Part shown: in pieces, positions 36,701 through 51,786 of the stretch | Position numbering within the stretch: the stretch's first letter is position 1 | Layout: each line of letters opens with the position of its first letter | Assembly (NCBI GenBank): GCA_964016885.1 | Contig: OZ024740.1 | Location: 191,518,001 to 191,582,000 of the forward strand | Origin: Eledone cirrhosa | Lineage: Eukaryota | Length of the DNA: 64,000 bases | Direction: 5' to 3' | Position numbers and translations under genes: made by a program | Notes under the pieces: model-generated | The model's input: the letters and a program-made list of their open reading frames with translations, nothing else | The model's database searches: none | What the model was told of the DNA's origin: nothing

Positions 36701-39167
36701 TTAAGTAGTTGAGTTTTACAAATTGTTCAATATACTAATTAAATTCTTAATGTAGTAATAATGTTTATTCAATTTATTATGAAACACATTGATTCACTAT
36801 TGTCAAATTTGAGTTGATGAAAGACGTTGTTCCCGCAAACGGTTGTCATGAAACTAGAATAGAGGTGTATATATATGTGAGTACCAGTTTACTGAATAAA
36901 TCTTAATTTGGTCTAATAATACCACAATGTCCGGAGTTGATATATTTCTCAAAAGGATTTAAATAATCTTAGTAATTGCTATAAAGTTATCATTGTTATC
37001 TCGAGTTATTTTTGTGTGTGATTTGTGTGCCGATAAGCGATACGTGTAATACATGGAATGGTATGCATTTGTGCAGCAGGTAGCTACTTGTATTTTTGTT
37101 TAGAATAATTAAATAAACAACGATAAAATCATTCTTATTTTAATAAAGTATCATGAATGTGTGGGTAGACGGAAGTGAGATACAATCCGTATATGTATGT
37201 GGTAGAGGACAGCTAACAGAACATTGGCTCATGTTGGAACAGTTGCCTTTAAGCAGAAAACCAAACAAATCGCATTGCTTTTAGAATACCTTAGCTAGCA
37301 AGGTGTTAGTATAACCATCTGGACAATTCAAATGCCGCGCAATATCCATTTGATTTTTTCCAAATCGACCAGCTAAGACCTGACTGACTTCTAGTGTGTT
37401 TAATTACCTATGAATGTGTGATTTCGATTTCTAAAGTCAGAATGGGCTTTGTGAGATAGAAATGAAGCAGTCAGTGACATGGAATGGGAAATAAGTTATG
37501 TTCAGAGAAGTATGTCTTCGGATGTAGCGCATAAACAACGGACATTGCAAAAAGTAAACGCCTCTACTAGATATGGAAAGGGATGAAAGATATGTAGCTC
37601 AGATGGTTAGTTCTTACAGGTTACAGTTATATCAAGTGGTAGAAGTGATCGCGAAATATATGGTGGGAAGTAGGCCCCTAGTCACCCTCCACCTGACTAC
37701 AGAGGCACTCGGAATGGGAGACATTTGTTCTGTGTAAGAAGAACATTAGATAAATGAAAGCCCACGTAAATACTGAGTCATAACGGAAAGCCAGATGTCT
37801 TAAAGTGTAATGAAATATAATATTACATATGAAATCATGATGTAAATTTGATGGAATCAGTTTATCAGGTATCTTTATTTATTGCTGGTCAAAATGTTTC
37901 CGTTCCAAACATACTAATGCCCTTCTTTACCAATGTGATTCAAATACTTGGCCGACTTGAGATATGTGGTGTTTGACCTATAAAGTCAACGACTTTTTCT
38001 GAAGGAAATCTCGAGGATATCGACTCTATCACAGCGACCGCTATATAATTTAGACCCCGACAAGATGAAAAGGAAAACGCTGCGACAAATCCTCTTTTTT
38101 AGTGATCGAACGATTTCCCCAAATTTCCCGCCTCTTGATCGCATGGATTTTGCTCCACCAGTGTAGAGCGAACCGATTGGTCACAATATTTTAGGACTTA
38201 TATGACGCACGCACTCAGACCCGTTTAGCTAACTTCCTCTAACGAAACGCCAATATGCCCGCATTTATGAGACAGAAATTCCGCAGGGTCTATAGACAAG
38301 TATGCGTTAATGTTATGTAATATTACTTCCAGAATATATGATATAATAAAAATGAGGTATGGCTGCTAAGTCTAGGATGACGAGCAGCTATGTAGAAAAT
38401 TTAAGGCAAGAACTTAATGTGTGTTATAAATATATGGAAGTCATATCCATGTTGTTAAAGTCATTGGTGACTCCATTAATTTTCACTCATAACGTTTTAC
38501 AAACTTAATTCCTTGCTCAATATTTTTCTTAATTTTTCTTTACATTCCTTTAATTTAGTTGTCGTCCTCGATGAGATTATTTGATGTGATTAACTACTCC
38601 TATAAGGGATTTTAGATGGAAAATATATTAATATACAAAACTAAAATATAGATTCTTCAAAGGAAGAAGTGGTAGCTTCTTCTTAAAAGCGTATAACTCC
38701 AAAGAAAGAAATAGCACAATATATTTCAGCGTCTGCGAACCATTACACACATATACATACATGCGCATATATATATATGCATTACATGTGCAACCGAGTA
38801 AAAGAAATATCGAATAAACTGCTCGTTGAAAACTATTCCTAAAATGTATAAATATGTTGTTATTTATTTCAGTTTTATGAATAGTTAGGTGATTAAAATC
38901 TATATTCATCAGTGGAAGTTATTTTTTACAAATGATAAAAGAGAGTAACATCTGCATATTTAAAATAATTCGTGATAATTTTCCCTTTCAAAACTGTAAT
39001 TGGTAGCAGTCAGTTTGGGGAATATGTCCTTACACTGAGGCGCACTTAACTACACACCATTTAGCGAAACAGCAGTCTGGACTACGAAACAAATTATATA
39101 TTTTTTGTATCTATTGTCTTCACTCTTATAACCCCCCCCCCCACACACATATATATATATATATATA

Positions 39168-42100
39168 TTAAGTTAGGTTAAGGCTTCAGTCAAGACTGAC
39201 CATGGGTAGTATCCTGTTGTCAGCTCAGCTGGAGCAGCGTCTCCGGTGACTAAACAGACCTATACTAGAGTGACATATTCTGTCACATTGAACACATCTG
39301 TATGTGGGCTCTGCTCTATTCGATTATTGAGCCATTTCGCTGGGAACTCCCAACCAATGTAGCAGTCCTCAAAATATCATCACCTGATTTGAGATGTTGA
39401 TTCAGGGTGTTGCTGTATCTGGGCCGGTCAGCCGGTAGGCTATCCTAGGATTCTGTGTTGATTTCAATGGCCTTCTTATATCTCTACACAACGTCCTATT
39501 ATCGCAGCCGAGGTCGACAGATGGATCTCTTTCCATAGGCCAACATCCCATATAAGATGTATTTTAGGATGCGGCCATCATTCATGCGGTGAATGTATCC
39601 TAGCCAGTATATTCTATGCTGTAGGAGCACTCTAAACATGCTGGGAAGAGCAGCACGAATAAGGACCTCAGCATTGGGCTCACTCTCCTGCAAGGTTATA
39701 CCCAGGATATGGCGCAGGCTTCTCAGATGGAAGGTGTTGAGTCGCCTCTTCTGTCTAGCATATGGGGACCCTGTCTCACTGTCATACAGCAGTGTGCCGA
39801 AGACACAGACATTGTACGCCACCATCTCGAACTGTGCCACCAGCTTGGGGTTTGTCCATACTTGGGTTGTGCGTTGAGTAAATGTGGCTGCCTTCCCAAT
39901 CCTCCTGTCGAGCTATATATCCAGAGAGAGGTTACGGTGATAGTGGAACCGAGCTAGGTGAACTGCTGGACGACTTAGAGCTCATAGTAATCGATTTTGA
40001 TGACCGGTGGTGTCTCGGTGTCCTGTCCCAAGACGTTTGTCTTCCCAAGGCTGATGGTCAAACCAAAATCCCTGTAGGCCTGGGAGAATCTGTCCATCAG
40101 CCTCTGGACTTCCTGCTGGGAATGCCTCGCCACTGCTGCATCATCGGCAAACAGCATGTCTCTAATGAGGGTTTATGTACATTTGTCCACGCCCGGAATC
40201 GAGTGATGTTGAACAATTTGCCTCCGATCTGGTATGTAGGAAGACCCCCTCTGTTGCAGTGCCGAATGCATGCTGCAAGAGAAGAACAAAGAAGATCCCA
40301 AAGAGTGCGGCTGCTGCGAATGCTGTATGGCTCAGAAGCAGCACTGTAACCCTCCTGTTGATGTGGAAGGATTCGACCATGCTCTGCAGTCCCGATTGTC
40401 AGCAGGTCTTTGGGAGGATCTTGAAGAGGCCGTCTCTACTAAACTGGTCAAACGCCTTGGTGAGGTCGATGAGAGCAATACACAGGGAGATATTCTGTTC
40501 CCACCATTTGTCCTAGGGTTATCTAATATTGATCCATTGACACGAAAGCTGCACTGTGATTCTGCAGGCGGATCAAGATGAGCCATGTGAATACCTGGCC
40601 AACGAGACCGAGAAGGGAAGGCCCCTCTCTTTGATAAAGTCGGTTCTTTCACATTTGTTCTTGTAGAGGTTGATGATGTTAGCGTACATCATTGTCTGTG
40701 GTACAGCACCTTCTTGCTATCACTGGCATAGGTCATTATGCATTGGATCATGTAGGATGGTTCTGCATTGCTTTAATAAGTTTGGAGGAACCCTTTATCA
40801 GCGCATGGGGCCTAACCTGTGGCCAAACTGTTAATGACCTTGCTTTGAGAGTGGATATCTCCAGAAAACCTTGTGTTGCGTCTTGGTGCTACACAGGTGG
40901 AGATAAGTGCCCAGCTCGAGAAGGTGCTGTGCATTGTCACTCACTTGTCCCACACCAAACTATCCAAGCAGGAGATTCATGAATAATGATCTGCACCAAC
41001 TCTGGAATTAAAATCCCCAAGGCCAATGATATATTCCCTGTTGGGGATGTTGCTTATAATGGATACAATGTGCTCATAGAATATATCCTTTGTGTCTAAT
41101 TGGGAGGACGGCATTGGGGTATACACGCTCACAAGGGTGACGTGATCTGCCATGTTGTTGAGGCAGAGTGTCAGAGGCGTCTCTGAACCATTAATACCTG
41201 GTTCTACCATACTCAGCAGGCTGTTCTTCACTGCGAAGCATACACCAGGCTCTCTGAGCACGTCTGATCCCCACCCCTTCCAGTAGAACTTGTAGTCTTT
41301 TTCCTTCAGTGAATCCGAGTCAGCCAGTCACGTTTACTGTAGGGTGGCAATGTCAACGTTCAGTCTCTTCAGCTCGGTATTAATCACAGCTATTTTAACT
41401 GCAGTCACTGATGTTCAGTTTGTTGTTGGAAAGTCATCATTATCCAAGTTTTAAAACTGGTCTCTTTTGTTACTTGGTTGTTCTACCTGGTGCACAAGTT
41501 GCAGTTTGCTTTTCAGATGACTCCTAATCTTCATGTGCCCAAATAGGAAAGCAGACTCTGACAGGGCAGTACCTTATTGGCTGGGCGCTTCCCAACTTGT
41601 GGCGGGCGATAGCTGTCCAGTAAGATCTGAAAAATTTCTCCCACCATCGGGAGATGCGCCTGGTGCCTTGCTTTTACGGTAACTGCTACTCCCTGTGCTG
41701 TGTCCACGCTGTAGGCAAAGATAAAATGTCCTCTCCAGGTGTATGGTACAGGTTGCGTGGATGTGTGATGCATAGAAGTGAGTGGCTGAATACAAGGTTG
41801 AGCGATGTGATTTGGAGGACAGGATGTTGCCCATGCAGCATGTCCGATCTCTCCACAATAGTGGTGGATCCAAAAGAACAGTGAGGCTGCTACAGTTAGA
41901 CAACAGCGCTGTCGCAGGAGCTGCGAAAACGAAGTTGTAATCAACGACGAACTGCCTCAGGGGCTCCGACTCTTGAAGCCTTTCCATGGAGGTCCCCACA
42001 AAGCAACGAATGTTTGGAATCAGAGTTTTCCTTCTCCTAGCCGGACCACGTGCCAAGGTTAGCAACAACTCTAGCCTAATGTGGCAGAGTTGCATTGTTA

Positions 42101-42360
42101 TCAGTAGCAGGACAACCCAGGGAAACCAGAACAACCTGATCTGACTGCAACCCACATGTGTACATGCTAATGGATGGCTATTGACACACACGTGTTCCTC
42201 CACCCTTTGACATGCTTTGTTTTACGTCCTGCAGGATTTCAAATAATCACCCTCCTCACCAATTAAGCCTGGTCGGGTTGCCGATTTGGTTGCCGAGAGA
42301 AACGAATATCGAACAGGTTGTTTTGGGATGCATGTTTCCAGTAGCACCCATGTGTAACCT
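39168..42360 (-). mobile_element. Decayed RTE-clade (BovB-like) LINE with internal deletions
   Basis: GVCFAVKN, LVSVYTP, LGDFNSRVG, MLFADDAA, FGLTISLGKTNV, TLLYDSET..Y.RQ.RRLNTFHLR.LR.ILGI, WLGYIHRM.DGRI.K. Confidence 0.88.
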
Positions 42361-43924
42361 CACACACGCACACACTCACACACAGACACACATACAAACA
42401 TACATGCACAAACACATGTACATACACCCCCCCCACACACACATACACATACACACACATATTCTATAACACACTCACACATATATTATATGACAAATAG
42501 TTTTATCGTTCTACATGACTGAATACAAGAAATATAAATCTATGTTTTTCGAATATTATCAATAATATTCGATTCGTTTGCACACAACGTCTTAACACAT
42601 ATTAGTAGAATGACCTCGTTATTCATGCTCGTGCGTTGGCATATAAACAGAACAGCAAAAACTAATGTGTCTGGGTTATTAACCTTCATCAGTACTGTAT
42701 AGCGTTTACCTGCCAAGTGTCAGAGCTAGTGAAAGTATATGATATTTTCTGGAATATACGTTTGTACCGACAATATATATATTGTGGGTACAAATCTAAG
42801 AATACACCCATGGAATTTCCAGTATTTATATTATAATTTTGATTTAGCTCAGTTTTACCCTCTGATGCATTCGAAATTAAGTAAACCGAAATGGAAATCG
42901 GGTTTTTGGGCCCTGTTCTTAAGAGCAACTATTTGTTTGGAGTAATGGAGTTGATAATTCATAGACATCAGATGAATGTCTGAACACGGGAATGATTGCA
43001 TCTCAGCTCTGCCATTAATTCTCGTTGCATCCATTAACATCCATTCTGTTTCCAAGGGCACACCAATGGCGTTATTTAGTAAAACGGCTCTGATCCTCTG
43101 AGAATCTCATATCACTCATGAACTGAATGATTTTCAGTGTATATTCTCTAAGCTATACACACCTTTAGTGGGCCAACGGGAATTCTGCCACCTTTTCTCC
43201 TGACATATGGATGTTACACGAAGAAAGACACAATATAAGAACCATTGAATAGAGCATTCTGGAAATAGAACTCTCATCCCGACAGAAACTGGCTTATTTT
43301 CAAATCTTCCTCTTCAAAGGGAAGAAGTGGATGAGAATTAGAACGATAAACGTGGCATCCCTTTTTAAACCAAATCATTCTCCAAACTCTTTAAATTAAC
43401 TAGCATACAACAGTAATGATTATGTTTGAAACATATATTTTCCTGGAATAATTTTCAAAGCTAAATCTGCTCAAACTTATCGCAAAAAGAGGTATGTTAG
43501 TCTTTTGGTCATATCCTGCGCAAAATGGGAGAAAGAAATGATAAATTATTCCAAACTGAGCAAATACGCAAATGATAGTTGCAAAACCTAAATTAGCTCT
43601 TACCCAGATACAATACGGAATAATAATTATTCATTTTATAAACACAAAACCATACGTTATTGCAGACAATATACTTTTTGTTCGAGCGTTGTTTTAAATA
43701 CTACTTCTTTATCAGTTCAAGTACTTTATACTCGGTTTACTTACGATCATGAATTGGCGAAGTCGAAAACATGTCGAATACTATACACGGAATTAAAATT
43801 ACACCTGACTCGAATTTGCCTTTCATCTTTTCTATCTATCTAACTAACTAACTATCTATATTCATATATGTGTGTATGTCTCATTCGTTTTACCCTCTGT
43901 CTCTCTCCCTCTCTCTTTATGTAT

Positions 43925-44088
43925 CTCTCTAAGGCGGGTAACATTCCCGAGATCCGTGGACGAGTTCTCTCCAGCGGTCTCTGTCCCTCATTATCGCTGC
44001 CATGTCCTGCATCTCCAACAGACCAGTGTCTGTCCTTAGGGCATCAACATACGTTAAGCTTGGTCTTCCTCTTCTAGTGTGTCCATGT
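43925..44088 (-). mobile_element. 3' fragment of an RTE-like LINE
   Basis: Near-identical in reverse to 25075-25233. Confidence 0.85.
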
Positions 44089-44748
44089 ATATATATATAT
44101 ATATGAAAACAGGGAGAAAGAGACGATTATGAGGAAGAAAAATATTTTTTTTTTTCCTTTTGTTGTCCCTCTCTCTCTTTTTTCTGGGTTAGAAAATGAT
44201 TAAAACGAAATGTTTTACTTTGTATGAAGTGTTAAGGTATTAGTTGATTTATTTATTATTTAACAATGCCATTTTTTTATCTATTTATATATTTAATTAT
44301 TGTCTATTACCGGTTTCTGCATTTATATGCATTATACAATGATAGTGAAATGTGGTGTCGCACATGTTAAACAGAAGGTGCAGAAAGAATAATGTTATAT
44401 TCTCTCCACATTTTATTATTATATATAATGTCCTCTCCACATGTTATTATTATTATTATATATATATATATAATATATGAACAAATGGAAACTATATTTA
44501 TAAAACCATATGTATTTCATTATACATATTTCAAGGACACCAAAGCAAATTATGGTGCGCTTTCATATAAACAAATATTGACATACCCTTAAAAGAATGC
44601 GACCATATATGTTGGAAGCTCCCGGAGAGTGGGGTTACTAATTTTATTATTGGTCTATTATGCAAATTAGTGTCAGAGAAGTTTAAATCCCATACATATA
44701 AATTAAGCCGTTGGAATAAGAAAAAAAACAAAAAAAAGGAATAGGAAA

Positions 44749-45275
<527 letters not shown>

Positions 45276-46520
45276 TATATACTTTCACTCCGACACTAAT
45301 TTGTATAATAGACCAATAATAAAATAAGTGACCCCACTATCCTTGAGCTTCCACCAGATATGGTCGCATTCTTTTAAGGGTATATCAATATTTGTTTATA
45401 AAACTGGTCTATATTATATTTTATGTGATGAATGCGTACCTTAATTTGCTTTGGAGTCCTTGAAATAAGTATAATGAAATAAATATGTTTTTTTATAAAT
45501 ATAGTTTCCATCTGTTAATATATTGTTAATATATTTCAATTTGTTAATATATTTTACTACAAAAATGTTGTTGAGTGCTTTATATCAGTTATAACAATAT
45601 TTGCTTGTTGTATCCCAACAAATTAAATATAACTTTGGGAGGGTCATGTTACTATAAAAACACACGATCTTGCTGGATTTCAATTGTATTTGTTATAAAT
45701 ATCCGGTTCGATAGCCAGAATGTTGTTTATATATTGTCAGAGCTCTTTTTTCACATATTCCGTGACGTCCTCAAGAAGATGTTGTAGGACAGAACAAAAG
45801 AGAGACACGGAAAATAAATACGTATTCACTGAGGAGGTCATAGGAGGTCACCATACATCCACCACCCTCACCCGCACCAACACATAACAATTACCATTGA
45901 GACACACTCATAGCACTAGCACCATACACTTCACCACAAATGTTTGCATAACATTTTGTATCAGGAATTTCACAACCATTATTCAACACCGCTTCTGTCT
46001 ACCTCATTTTAACCCCACAAGATATCATCTACATGAATCGCTGATGCGTGTACACCGGCACATGTCTCGTGTACGCGCACGCGTATGTACATGCATGTAT
46101 ATTTGTAGGTTTATGTACTGAAGTGCATCTAGTCATGTGCAGAGTAAGTTAGTGTGTATGTATTTATGTATGTCCATACGTGCGTGAATACACCCCTGTA
46201 CATCCATATAATAGTATGGATCACCGGACTGTGAGCCCCCTCATCTCGTCGGCGTGTACACATGCGGGAACCCAGGCATATGTACGAAACATACAAGGGT
46301 CGATGCGTCCGAACATACATACAATCCGTACGACGCTAGCGTGAGACCGTGGGGCCAGTGCGGGTGTCAAGGATCAAAACTCCATATCCGCTGCTGCGAG
46401 CAGTTAAATAAACAAGGCACGCATATCTGACACCATGGATCTCCCACGTCTGCCTATGTGGGGTGATATATACATGGGTGTGTTTGTGTATATATATATA
46501 TATATATGTGTGTGTGTTTG

Positions 46521-46567
<47 letters not shown>

Positions 46568-46671
46568 TCTCCTGAGCGTGAATTTAATAAACATTTATCG
46601 TACTGCCTCTCTGTTCTGTCCCTGTTCAATTTTTCATTATATATATATATATATATATATATACATACATC

Positions 46672-46694
46672 TGTGTGTGTGTGTGTGCGTGTGC

Positions 46695-46788
<94 letters not shown>
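46672..46788. repeat. (GT)n microsatellite
   Basis: Directly visible. Confidence 0.98.
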
Positions 46789-46789
<1 letters not shown>

Positions 46790-47039
46790 GGGTCACTATT
46801 GAGTGCTAACATGCAAGCCAGTACAACCTGTCGCATGATAGCGTCGTCGACGACTAAGCCAGCAAACCCACCGAATTTACTTCTTGAGGAGGGTGATGTA
46901 GGACACCGTGCAGGACAAAAACAAAACCTGACATAGGGCGGAAGAAATCATAAGAGTCAACGGCCATCCAAAAGTGTCTAAATATATATATATATATACA
47001 CATGTGCATGTGTATGTATATGCGCAGGAACATATAATT

Positions 47040-47300
47040 AGTCGGGCTGGATACCCGATGGCGCTGTTAAACCACTGGGAGTGAAGGACCCCTAGCCTTT
47101 GTCAGGGCATTCTTCTAGGAGAAGGCAACTCAGGAAATTGGGCTAACTCCGACGTAAAACCTGCGGCTCAGTAGTTACCGATGATGATGATATTTTCTTT
47201 TCGGGTTATAGCTACTGTCAGTCTGCGAGTGGGATTGACTCAGTGCACAGTCTTTCCTCACTTAAAAAGAATATTGGTTTCCAGCAGAAGAAGAGGGCCA
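47040..47300 (+). mobile_element. RTE-related 5'UTR or non-autonomous fragment
   Basis: CCCCTAGCCTTTGTCAGGGCATTCTTCTAGGAGAAGGCAACTC is shared with 26465-26512 (-). Confidence 0.55.
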
Positions 47301-47629
47301 CTTACATATACAATGTTATCATTTAATTTTTATAATGAATAAATAACATTTTCAAAAAATACCTAAGTGGAAACAAAACAATGCAATCAATTTTTTACGG
47401 AAAATTATCTTTCCTTCTCCAATAAAAAATATATATATTATTTGGTTGTTAAAATAATCAAATTAAATGTATTCAACAGTTAAACTCACATAGGAATAAT
47501 ATGGTTGTTACCAAAGAGCCAGAAGATTGACAAGTCGACCCTAAATGTGACTAATACCTCTAGGAAAGCCATGAATAAAACCATGATTTTGAAAGTAGGT
47601 TTATAATTGTTAATTTTCATTAGCCTTTT

Positions 47630-47830
47630 GTAGCTGTCTCGGCGGTCTAGTTGGAGGAATCATAGACGGCGGTGATCCTAGTCTGAAGTTCGATCCTGGT
47701 AGGGTTCCCGGTAAGACTTTTCAGGTTTTTTCTGTGTTAAATAAAAACTGAAAAATGATTACATATACCTCCTGACCAGGTTTACACACAAGACCAGTAC
47801 CTCCACCCTCTCTAGTACCTACGGATAGTG
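47630..47830 (+). mobile_element. Possible second tRNA-derived SINE
   Basis: A-box-like GGCGGTCTAGTTGG and B-box GTTCGATCC at plausible spacing; no full cloverleaf. Confidence 0.5.
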
Positions 47831-48174
47831 AACATTCATACTCATAAATCTATTTTCAACACAAAATAAACGTGATGTCGTTCATAACTTTCATAATGTT
47901 ATTGCTCCTACTTAAGGTCGACTTCTAAATCATTGGTGTTCCATAACATAAATCATTGGTGTTCCATAAACTTCATCCTCGTTTTGTTTCTCATCTATCT
48001 AGACTGTATTTTAAACTGTAATCAATGTTTCATTTCTGTTGCACCTCATTTCTCCCCTCCTCCCCTTATCTCTCTCTTTCTCTCTGTTATATTTGAATCT
48101 ACTATGATTTGTGTTTACTTTATTCATATGTGTGTTTTTGCATGGCAGATTCAAACTTACAATCATTATTATTG

Positions 48175-48291
<117 letters not shown>

Positions 48292-48685
48292 ATTTTTTGA
48301 AAGCAAAGCACTGGGTCCTAAAATACCACACTAGCGCCATGCAATGATGATACCATGGACTCCAAGACAACCTGGCAACATGGCCATCCCGCCACTGGCT
48401 CTAAGTTCACTTTATTTTTTCCTTTTTGATACCCTCTCACACTACATGTTTCCCTGCCTTCTTTACTCCCTAATCTTTACAAACCCACCTTCACACCATA
48501 TTTCATCATTTGTATATATACAGTATAAAGAAATACACAGATACATGCGAACACATACATATACATGAATATATCCACATATATCCCTGAATTTGTGGTG
48601 CCAACCTCCACCGTTGCTGCTCTATGTATATCTGGGACAAAATAATCCGAATGGATTAGATTGATTTAGTATCAGAGCTATAAAA

Positions 48686-49562
48686 TCTATATATATAAAA
48701 CTGTGGTTGTCTGTCTGTCTATCGATTTTTGGCACACATCTCCTCTTAGAATCTCTCACGGAATTGCACCGAAATTGCTATACTTGTACATTGAGCCCTA
48801 GCGAAGACATCGGAAAAAAGAAATTTCAAATTGACCCACCCTATGTGACGAAATCGAATATAATGTATCGATTTTTGAGCGTAAGTTATCAGTTATTTCC
48901 CTTTGTTCTGTTTACATTGAGCGTCTTACGTAAAAAATTACGCTGGCTTTAACAGTTGTCGAGCCAGCAAAATATTGACCTGCAAAATTCATCAGTTCGA
49001 ACACTAAGCTTCCGTTTTGCTTCATTTCCATTTAAAAGCATTTTAAAACAATATTTTTACTTGAAAACAAGTCTATTTAAAGACTACGTAAGACAAGCAA
49101 ATATTTCGTCGTTAGGCGTGCAGACAGACAGTCGTGCAGACAGACAGTCGTGCAGAGAGGTGATATACGCGTGCAGACAGACAGTCGTGCAGAGAGGTGA
49201 TATAGGCGTGCAGACAGACAGTCGTGCAGAGAGGTGATATAGGCGTGCAGACAGACATAACTGATAATTTGGTTACGCTAATATTTTTCTCTGCGTTGCA
49301 GTGTTTACATTTTCGATCTTTGTTAATAAATAACCAGTGCAGTTTCTATCCCCAGCATCCTCTTTTGTTATAACATTCGGGTTATCGTTATGTTTTCTTA
49401 ACTTCATAAGGCATATTGTTGGTTGAGGGAATATTAATCAAAAACACCACGTGCAAGTCTGCACAGTAGACACTACAGTTTTTAAGCCAAGAAAGAAACT
49501 TAACATTGTAACTTTAACACAGCTACTGAGCGACCCGGAGCAACGCCGGGCTTTACTGCTAG
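48686..49562 (+). mobile_element. Non-autonomous Helitron with internal minisatellite
   Basis: A|TCTATATATATAAAACTG...CCCGGAGCAACGCCGGG-CTTTACTG-CTAG|T. No TSD. Empty site visible at ~50143-50158. Confidence 0.92.
49115..49256 (+). repeat. ~37-bp minisatellite inside the Helitron
   Basis: GGCGTGCAGACAGACAGTCGTGCAGAGAGGTGATATA about 3 times plus partial copies. Confidence 0.93.
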
Positions 49563-50676
49563 TACATTATAAAGAAAGAAGAAACATTAGATATAATTCA
49601 TAAGATATACCATACCCAAATTGCTTCGTTACTCCTCGACTACGTAGTTTCGTAGCATATTATGCAAAAACAGTACATCACAGAGATACAATAATTTTGT
49701 GAGGTTGGCCGACTTATCAAGAGGATACCTCATTTAGAGTTTCAAAACACATCCGTAGGACGCGAGATAGATTCCCGAAAGGTGGAGGGGGAGTCAATCA
49801 CGTGATGCAGCGTTCAAGAAACAGAGCTAAGCCTCTTACAACCAAGAAAAAATACCACAAAGGATGAGGGAGTATTTATATCAAAGCCGTAGAAGAGAAT
49901 GGCTAGGATGGCAAGAAGTTTGAGTAATCATAGCTGTCCAGCAGTCACTACATTTCAATGGTTACTCTACCATAGGGATTTATAAACAATCTAAATAAAT
50001 ACACAGATACATGCGAACGCATACATATACATGAATATATCCACATGTATCCCTGAATTTGAGGTGCCAACCTCAACCGTTGTTGCTCTATGAATAACTG
50101 GGAGAAAATAATCCGAATGGATTAGATGGATTCAGTATCAAAGCTATATAATACATTATGAAGAGAGAAGAAACATTAGATATAATTAATAAGATATACC
50201 ATACCCAAATTCCTTCGTTACTCATCGACTACGTAGTTTCGTGGCATATTATGCAAACACACTACATCACAGAGGTACAGTATTTTTGTGAGGTTTGCCG
50301 ACTTAACAAGAGGATACCTCAGTTAGAGTTTCAAAACACATCCGTAGGACGTGAGATGGAATCCCGAAAGGCGAGATAGAATCCCTATGGTAGAGTAACC
50401 ATTGACGTGTAGTGACTGCTGGATAGCTATCATTACTCATACTTCTCGCCATCCTAGCCATCTCTTCTAGGGCTTTGATATAAATACCCCCTCCGCCTTT
50501 GAGGTATTTTTTTTTCTTGGTTGTATGGGGCTTAGCTCTGTTTCTTGACCGCTGTATCATGTGATTGACTCCCCCTCCGCCTTTCGGGATTCTATCTCGC
50601 GTCCTGCTTATGTGTTTTGAAACTCTAAATGAGGAATCCTGTTGATAAGTCGGCAAAGTTCACAAATATACTGTAT

Positions 50677-50727
50677 CTCTGTGATGTAGTGTTTTTGCAT
50701 AATATGCCACGAAACTACGTAGTCGAG
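50677..50727 (+). ncRNA. Hammerhead-like fold with atypical 5' core
   Basis: ctc-TGTGATGTA-gtg-ttttt-gcataatatgc-cac-GAAA-ctacgtag-TC^gag. Mirror copies near 49635-49685 and 50224-50274 (-). Confidence 0.55.
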
Positions 50728-50801
50728 GAGTAACGAAGGAATTTGGGTATGGTATATCTTATTAATTGTATCTAATTGTTTCCTATTTCTTTATAATGTA
50801 T

Positions 50802-50920
<119 letters not shown>

Positions 50921-51055
50921 ATGTAATAAACAAAATAAGGCAATTATTCCATTTACCAGTGGTTTCTTAAAAGCAAAAGGTTTTGCTTTCAATCCTCAGA
51001 ATGAATAATCCTGGTTTGTTTATTGAATATGGATTCTAAAAACACACATATATAT

Positions 51056-51149
<94 letters not shown>

Positions 51150-51658
51150 ATATATATATGTATATACACTCTGTCTAGCTCTACTCCTCGACGTGTGACA
51201 CCCCGGTGAACCTACAGTAACTCCACGTTACACTCTCTGGATATATATATATATATATTATATATATTTTTTAATAATTTTTGTTTCTTATATATACCTT
51301 TTACATCTATTATCCCATCACATCATTAATTCCTTGTAGAACATGTCAACTTTAACTATGCCTAAACAGTATATCCTACCTCCTACCCAAGAGTAAATCA
51401 CCGCTATTTTTCGTGTCAAATCATACACCGCACCACCACCACATCCACACCGCACAAACCACCTCAGCCTCAACACATACACGCCATGACTAGTGATAGC
51501 CAAAACGCCATACAACGCTACACACATCAACCTTTGATCCTCATTACTAATACGCTCACCCCACCTACATTAACAGGTGAAAACATTCCTCGTAATTAAT
51601 CCACCAACCAAAACGTTTTGTATGTCATGTATATTCATTCCGTCATTACTACCACAGA

Positions 51659-51743
51659 GGCCTGACGAGCTTTTGATTCCAGAGTCTGGCTATATCGATA
51701 TAGATCGCACCTTGAGCTGATCAGTAGCGAAACGTGCGTCATC
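51659..51743 (+). ncRNA. Minimal-type hammerhead remnant
   Basis: CTGACGA-gct...agc-GAAAC-gtgc-GTC; stem I is not well paired. Confidence 0.55.
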
Positions 51744-51786
51744 ATCCCATAAAACTAATAGATGAGTAACCATTCGTCCTTGTATT

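Larger units (their letters stand above)
48530..50800. mobile_element. Tandem (~589-bp unit) plus inverted non-coding element with an atypical hammerhead in each copy
   Basis: Direct copies 48530-49996 (split by a Helitron) and 49997-50370; inverted copy ~50379-50800 ending at (TA)n. Confidence 0.88.

Noticed and set aside
42245-42310. Twister-like ending (GAGGAGGGT on the minus strand) at the RTE 5' end
   Set aside because: The conserved UAA cleavage loop and P4 loop could not be identified.
42855-43110. Possible host exon on the minus strand (LETEWMLMDATRING...)
   Set aside because: No clear splice sites or recognisable domain; FPCSDIH is at best a faint APE-like remnant.
43730-43790. GAAAACATGTC hammerhead-like 3' half
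   Set aside because: No recognisable CUGANGA core or stem II upstream.
49115-49256. CRISPR-like repeat
   Set aside because: Head-to-tail minisatellite without unique spacers, no cas genes, and a eukaryotic context.
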